Source of the DNA: Magallana gigas
Taxonomy: Eukaryota
Assembly (NCBI RefSeq): GCF_963853765.1
Contig: NC_088853.1
Location: 28,458,001 to 28,522,000 of the forward strand
Direction of reading: 5' to 3'
Length of the DNA: 64,000 nucleotides
Under the pieces are notes generated by a model that searched no databases, was not told the DNA's origin, and saw only the letters and a program-made list of their open reading frames with translations. Below are positions 59,882 through 64,000 of the stretch, one piece after another. How positions within the stretch are numbered: position 1 is the stretch's first letter; each line of letters begins with the position of its first letter. Made by a program: the position numbers and the translations under genes.

Positions 59882-60152
59882 GTCACCTGTCCAGGAAATT
59901 GAGTTTCTTTTAGTATAAAGCCGTATGAACACACATAATGGTAAGCGGGAAATATTTAAGTAATCAGTATAATTGATGCAATTACATGGATATACTTGTA
60001 TTTTGAACCGGAAACTTAAAAACATAAACCTTAACGCAAAACAGGACAATTTTAATTTCTGTTTCCAATTGTTTGATACAATAGTTTATAGTAACATATT
60101 TCTTAATTGCGATTTTCTATATTATGTTTTTATGCACTATGAAACCGAAACT
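59882..60152 (-). promoter_or_regulatory. Putative promoter of gene E: ISRE (60141-60152), CCGGAA (60008-60013), GTCACCTGT (59882-59890)
   Basis: Same motifs as B and C. Confidence 0.55.
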
Positions 60153-60997
60153 AAAACTTACTTGTCAACGAAAAACTTCACATTCAATTTTACTGCGTAC
60201 ATCCTTTGCTGGATTGATTGACACTGTTTTTGATTAGTTGTTTTATTCATTGATAAAAACAAGGCTACAATATTAATCCTTCTCGAAATGAAAAAAAACG
60301 AACAAACTAATATGTTAAACTTGTTCGTACGCTTACATTGTGTAAATACAATATATTATACGAAATAAGCATCAATATGATGTATTGCAAGTAGTATTCA
60401 CGATTAATATATAACAATATTGTTACATTTAATTTGATATTTCTGTTCTCTTTGGGTTGCGTTCATTATATTGTATCTAGAAGATAAGAAATACAGAACT
60501 TTCATCAATATTTGTGGAACATCAATTTTCATGGAGTATTTTTTAAAGATTTTCCTCGAAAAAAAAATGTAAATTAAAGTGTAGTATCTGATAAGATATC
60601 GTATAAATAATTGCATTGATCACAATTTTACGCATCCTTAAAACTGTGAATATGAAAGCCTAAGAATGAAGAAAAAAATGACAAAAATCAAGACCAAAGC
60701 ATTGGGGTTTTTTTTCTGGCAAAAACTTTTTTTTTCAAAACATTGTTGACATTCGAAAATTACAGCGATACATTTCCGTGACTTGAAGTGAAAGCAATTG
60801 TAGTTTCTGAATCAAATCTTTCTGTTATCATAATATAGATTATTAGTTATGAGTTCTTATATCAAAATAAAAGTGGCTCTATACAAGTAATCTGCTTCCT
60901 GTTGTTAGTTTGTTAAACCTGTTTATTCCTTGTTGAACTAGGCATTAATTAAAAAAAACTCTTTTCAATAATTTCAATAAATTACTTTGATCTTTAT

Positions 60998-61000
<3 letters not shown>

Positions 61001-61040
<40 letters not shown>

Positions 61041-61048
61041 TATATATA
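61001..61048. repeat. (GA)n(TA)n microsatellite at the end of a ~280-bp segment absent from the gene B copy
   Basis: Direct comparison with ~14430-14445. Confidence 0.9.
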
Positions 61049-64000
61049 CGACATTTAAAACATGATTTTAAGCTCTAATGATAATTTGTTTAATGAGAGG
61101 AATGTTAAACTTAAAAACAACATCATTTATTTTTTGTAAATTTACGTATCTTGACGTCGGAGACTGGCAATAGTCATATTCAATAGTGAGAACTGAAGGA
61201 TAGACTGGCTATTCTATTAACTTATAACAATCAATGTTGTATACATCTATAAGATAAAATATATCGTCATTCTGTTATGATAAAACCAATTTTTATTCAT
61301 TTCCGTGTTTTGGTTCATCATTTCAATATCAAACAAAGCAGAAACATTCAGAGGAAAGATGTGAGAAAGAAGCAAGTTCTAGCGATTTCTCACATTGTAT
61401 GACCGGATGTGTTGTATTGAGAAGCGTGTTTTTATCGAAGCTAGAAAATAATAAGCGCTACATAGTGTATTTGGATCATAAATAAAACAAAGTTAACATT
61501 ACTTTTTGAAGATACAAAAACTCTTTTTGTTATGCATTTTGTAAAGAGGTAAACTAGAATTAATCTGTGTCCTTTATTTTATTTTTGTAAATCTCTGATT
61601 TTCAGGGGGCAAATAATTTTTTTGGATGAGGACAGTAAAAAAAAAATCATCACCTGATTCAGAGATGTAGACCTCATTTCTTTGACAAAATCAATGTATC
61701 CAGTTGAAAATAAGTAAGATTCAAAATCCAATGGCCTGCACCAAAGTTATATTGTTGCTGATACGATGATTGATTAAAATAGCATTCACAATGATTCGAG
61801 TGTTTCTTCTCTATTATGAATTCCATTGCACTTTGGATGCATCAATCTTATGGTTACGCTTAATGGTTTGCGTCAAAGCCCGAATGTATAGAACGCCAAA
61901 GTCTAAAGTCCCAAAAATATACTGGTATGACACGCCAAAGTCCGATGGTATGATACGCAAGAGTCCTATCGTTCTAATTAGACTAAAAAAAAATGATCTC
62001 CTCATATATCATTTGTCACAATCAAATTGCGTAAGCAAAAGTGAAATTGTCCACCTAGTTTGATTGCATAGACTTGATTATTATTGACACGCCTTTCTTT
62101 TACACCCCTATGGCGTGTAGAACGTATTTTTGATATGTGCCTTTTAAGCGTGTGTGCTTATAATTGAAAAGTTAATACAACATTCAGCATCACTCTGTTT
62201 TACTCATTTTAATTTTACCGTATCTTATATATAAACATGTTTACAAATATTAGCAAAACCGTATCAAATTTTCAAATTTGTTGTATTTGCATCATCAAAA
62301 CAATACTTAAAGAACAAACTATTTAATATATATTAAAGAATATTGCTTTCAACTAGTTGTTCTGAAGAAAAAAAAGCATGGGATTCATTTACAGCCTTTT
62401 TTTTATCGTTCTTTCGTTTTCTAACTTTTTAAGATTTGAAATCTACATAAATTGTTCGGTCGTACGTAAAAAACATTAGAAAAGTATCCCCTTTGTGCCA
62501 AACAATATTTTAACCAATAAAATAAATGTTAATTTTCACATAATGTTTTTTCTATCAAACACAAAGGAGAGGAATGGCACAACCCAGATACTGTTAATTA
62601 TTTCAACTCTTTACACCGTGTTCCAAGGAAGACGGTAATGAGTTTATGAATATAAATTGACATTAAATACAGCATATTTTGTTGCAACGCATATTTTAAA
62701 CAGACTGATCTTTTTTTTTTTGTTCTCGTAAAGACCTTACCATACTGTCACTGTAAAGTTTTGACAAGCATACCAATGTCCATTAGGAATATTTTTTAAA
62801 TAATAGCAGCGTTGTCGGCAAATAGCTGCCTTGACGTGATCCTATAAACGAATTCTAACAACATCCGTCTTTTGCGTAATATTTGATCGAACTTTAATAC
62901 TGCAGATCATCGGACTTTTGTCTGAGCATACGACTTTGGGTCTTACAAAAATAGCTAAAAAAATTACATTTAATAATTTTAGGTTTTATACCTAAATCAG
63001 ACAAACCTGCTTTTCAGACCATTAACAATGACTTTCTGTCTACCTGTTATCACACGATTCATATTAATAATTTAAACAATAAATATAGCACGGTTGATAT
63101 TACAAAAACCAAGTGTGTGCTTTTTGCAATTATATGTAGGATCTATTATGATTCGCAGTGGTATGTGGTTTTTATTTAGCTCGTTGTGTGTTTAATATTC
63201 CCGGGCGTTGGCAAGGGAATACAAACGGTAACTATCAGTAATTATCAGAACTCACAGCGAAAACATTTTTAATCAGCATCAGTAAATATCATAACCAACA
63301 GCAATTAATAACAACAATAAAAATATTCTCAGCAATAACAGCACAATATTAATACATTTCAAAAAATTTAAGTAAGAATTGGCATTTTCAGTACTTTATA
63401 GAGTCAGAAGTGAAAGCGCATTGCAACATCAACCAACTTTAAAAATAAATATTTATATCACCATAAACTACAAAATCAATAATGCAAGTCCTTACGTCAC
63501 ACATTCTTGTGTGTCATTTCAGTCGCTGAAAAAGATGCACTCATATTGTATAACTCGTACATTCTGTCCAAATCAAACGTAATTTAATTTTAAGACTGGC
63601 TGTACGTTGAAAACGATTTGTCTGAGCTTAAGTTTCTTTCTGAAAAAAAAAGAATTGAATGGAAACATTGAATCAATTAAGAACATTCAGATGTTTAAAA
63701 TGCGTAGTAAGGATCATGTTTAGAATAAAAAAACGTCAACAAATCTAAATCTGTAAAATGTGTTTAAATAGTATCATAAGTTAGATGGATATTAAGATGG
63801 ATATCTTTTGTTGAAGTTGTATGCAATATGTTCAAGTAAGTCTATAATATAGAATGCCTTGGAAATCTGGATATCAAAAGTAGGATTAAACTAGCGGGTA
63901 TGCTTTTAAGTTTTACTTTGAACAAAAACATTGCAAGTTACCAACCGGAGAAAAATAAAACACAAAGTCAATCGATGGAACAAAATTACAGAGCGGTTAG

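Larger units (their letters stand above)
57008..64000. repeat. Segmental duplication, copy 2 (of 10676-17395); runs to the window end
   Basis: Colinear near-identity with 10676-17395; starts inside the nested MITE (left TIR missing). Confidence 0.92.

Overview
AT-rich eukaryotic (intron-containing) genomic DNA. Gene families and repeats point to a bivalve mollusc, most likely an oyster (Crassostrea/Magallana); this is inference. All recognisable host genes lie on the minus strand and form a tandem innate-immunity-type cluster. Five paralogues share an N-terminal F-type-lectin (fucolectin-like, F5/8-fold) domain. Gene A shows one exon at 168-371. Genes B (7888-13518) and C (32868-37616) are complete signal-FTL-EGF repeats-TM-short tyrosine-motif tail receptors. 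Gene D (39663-50118) is an FTL-EGF-TM tandem protein tyrosine phosphatase with one premature TAG. Gene E (58401-59831) is a truncated recent duplicate of B. Interleaved are a RING-less B-box/coiled-coil/NHL-like beta-propeller gene with an in-frame TGA (18774-22350) and a decayed fibrinogen-domain exon (56526-56783). The most striking non-genic structure is a 4.8-kb near-perfect palindromic transposon (27441-32275). It has ~2-kb arms, TAC...GTA termini, a 6-bp TSD (CTTTAT), subterminal NotI-site minisatellites and the 5' half of a pogo-type transposase, and it lies ~600 bp downstream of gene C. Also present are a ~7-kb segmental duplication (10676-17395 vs 57008-64000), several MITEs, Helentron-like and Gypsy remnants, microsatellites and two assembly gaps. 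Exon boundaries were read by hand from GT-AG sites and frame continuity; no database search was possible.
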